From assembly GCF_964194025.1 (NCBI RefSeq), contig NC_134477.1:38750001-38814000 (forward strand): 64,000 bases of DNA, given 5' to 3'. Source of the stretch: Convolutriloba macropyga. Lineage: Eukaryota. The position numbers and the translations under genes are program-made. Below, piece by piece: positions 62,331 to 64,000 of this stretch (the stretch's first letter is position 1; each line of letters starts with the position of its first letter). The notes beneath the pieces are model-generated. The model saw only the letters and a program-made list of their open reading frames with translations, did no database searches and was not told where the DNA came from.

Positions 62331-64000
62331 ATAGTAATCACAAACCGTGAAAAACACCATTAACTGAGCTTTGTAAATCAATCCCATTTGTACTCAAACT
62401 CCACTGTTTTGCGTTACCTGCTTTTGAATGGCTAAAAAATATCGAAATTTGGTGACACGGTTCAAATTTATACGTGAAGATCTTCTACTACCGGCCCGAT
62501 TCAAGAAGTCAATTACATAGTGCATCTACGAAGGGATCAGTGTCCACAAAACGCGACCACTGCAGTTTTGTTTGACAAAGTAACTTTAGAGTTATCGAGC
62601 AAACAATAAAATGTACCTTAGTTATCGGTAACAATCCTTGAACCAACTTTGGCAAAACTGATGCCCCTTGCACTTAAACTGATATCAGATTACATCAGTT
62701 TTCAAAAAGAAGTTACACAGTGAACAGAGACTAAAATAACTGTGTGGTATTGGAGGGAGAACTTTCTGTAAGAAATACAATTACCGCAAACTTTTTGTTT
62801 TTAATGTTTGCTTCGAGAGCCTGCCAACAAAAGTTAATGTTTTCGCAGAAGGTGCTGTACACTGTGGGAGTCATATTCTAAACTGGTTGTTGCACAGTAG
62901 GATTGCATACAGGTGCAAAAGGATCTATACGACGATGAACAGTTCAAAGGGAATCTTATACAGTGAGAGGACATAATTTTTAAGGATGTTAACCTTTTTC
63001 TCATAAATAACTGAAAAAAGTTTTCTTTAACATTTTTTAAACCGTGAAATCTCTATGAACGATCAAATTAGTTGCGGCATCAAACAAGAAGGACCGAAAA
63101 CAGATGATAATGATGTATAGTTGCTTGCATTCGGACCTTTTATCCAAAAAATATTAAAGTTTTTAAAAATTTTAACGAAATTTTTTAAACAAATTAAAAT
63201 AACATTTTCTTCAGAACCTAATCAGCATCAAAACATGCTGCGCATTGGTAATATAGATACGGAGATATCATTTGGGCTGGCATTGAGCGGTTTACATTCT
63301 TTTGAATGCATTAGATGTCAAGCAAAACAGAAAAATTATGAAATTGTCAATACCGACAAAAATCAGTAATTAAATTTATTTTTTGTACAGATAATGTCTG
63401 TATCGAAATTAATGGATCAAAATTTTGTTCTAGAGGTAAGAGTAAGCTAATTTTTCTTAGACCTTAAATGAAAGGCTAACAAAAGCGACCATTTATGATT
63501 TTTACCATAAAAACAATTAATCAGAAAAAAAATTTAGTTTATCGCCACGCAAAACGTAATATCATCTTTTCTGCCTCCCATACCTGTGTGGTCCAACTCA
63601 TCGCACTACTTTAAATTAGTTTTCATGGTATTTAAACACTATTTGTAATTCAATGTGACAGGAGTGATTTGAAAACTCTCATTTCAAGAAAAAAACCGTA
63701 CAAAACATCATAAACACCCAACTGGAAGTCCCTGGAGGCTATATTGCTACATGTTTTCGTGCCCAATACACTAGTCACACTTGGTGTAGGCAATATAAGT
63801 CAAAAAAACAACTATTGAATCTTATTATTTGAAACCGGTCTTTCAAATACGTTATCGCCGGTAAAGTACATATGAAACTTTCTGTTTAGGCCCGAGAGAA
63901 AAATTGGTTTAAGGCAAAAAAATTTTTGACTCAAATTTTCGAAATTTAACTGTGTGTTACCCTCAGTAGGGGTGCTGTTCTGCTATAGAACGCTTTTTAA

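Overview
AT-rich eukaryotic (animal-like) scaffold with three N-gaps, made up mostly of transposon debris. It holds tandem Helentron-type elements, a deleted Ty3/gypsy LTR element with intact LTRs, PBS and TSD, several CCC...GGG MITEs, degenerate CRE, gypsy and BEL/Pao retroelements, a 4.1-4.5 kb tandem duplication and fragments of a PAN/C-type-lectin host gene. The key region is ~53.1-60.1 kb on the minus strand: a compact co-oriented four-gene cassette around an EnSpm/CACTA (CMC) transposase. A SUV4-20 (H4K20 methyltransferase)-type SET domain sits directly N-terminal to the transposase and becomes one ~991-aa fusion if a single A is removed from an A9 run. Upstream are two paralogous spliced BEN-like genes, and downstream is an SGNH esterase with one in-frame stop. 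Predicted introns of the cassette carry four covarying G(GUAG)C hairpins, and a 181-bp tandem array lies beside it. All family assignments come from motif recognition by eye. No database search was run, and the element's termini were not located.
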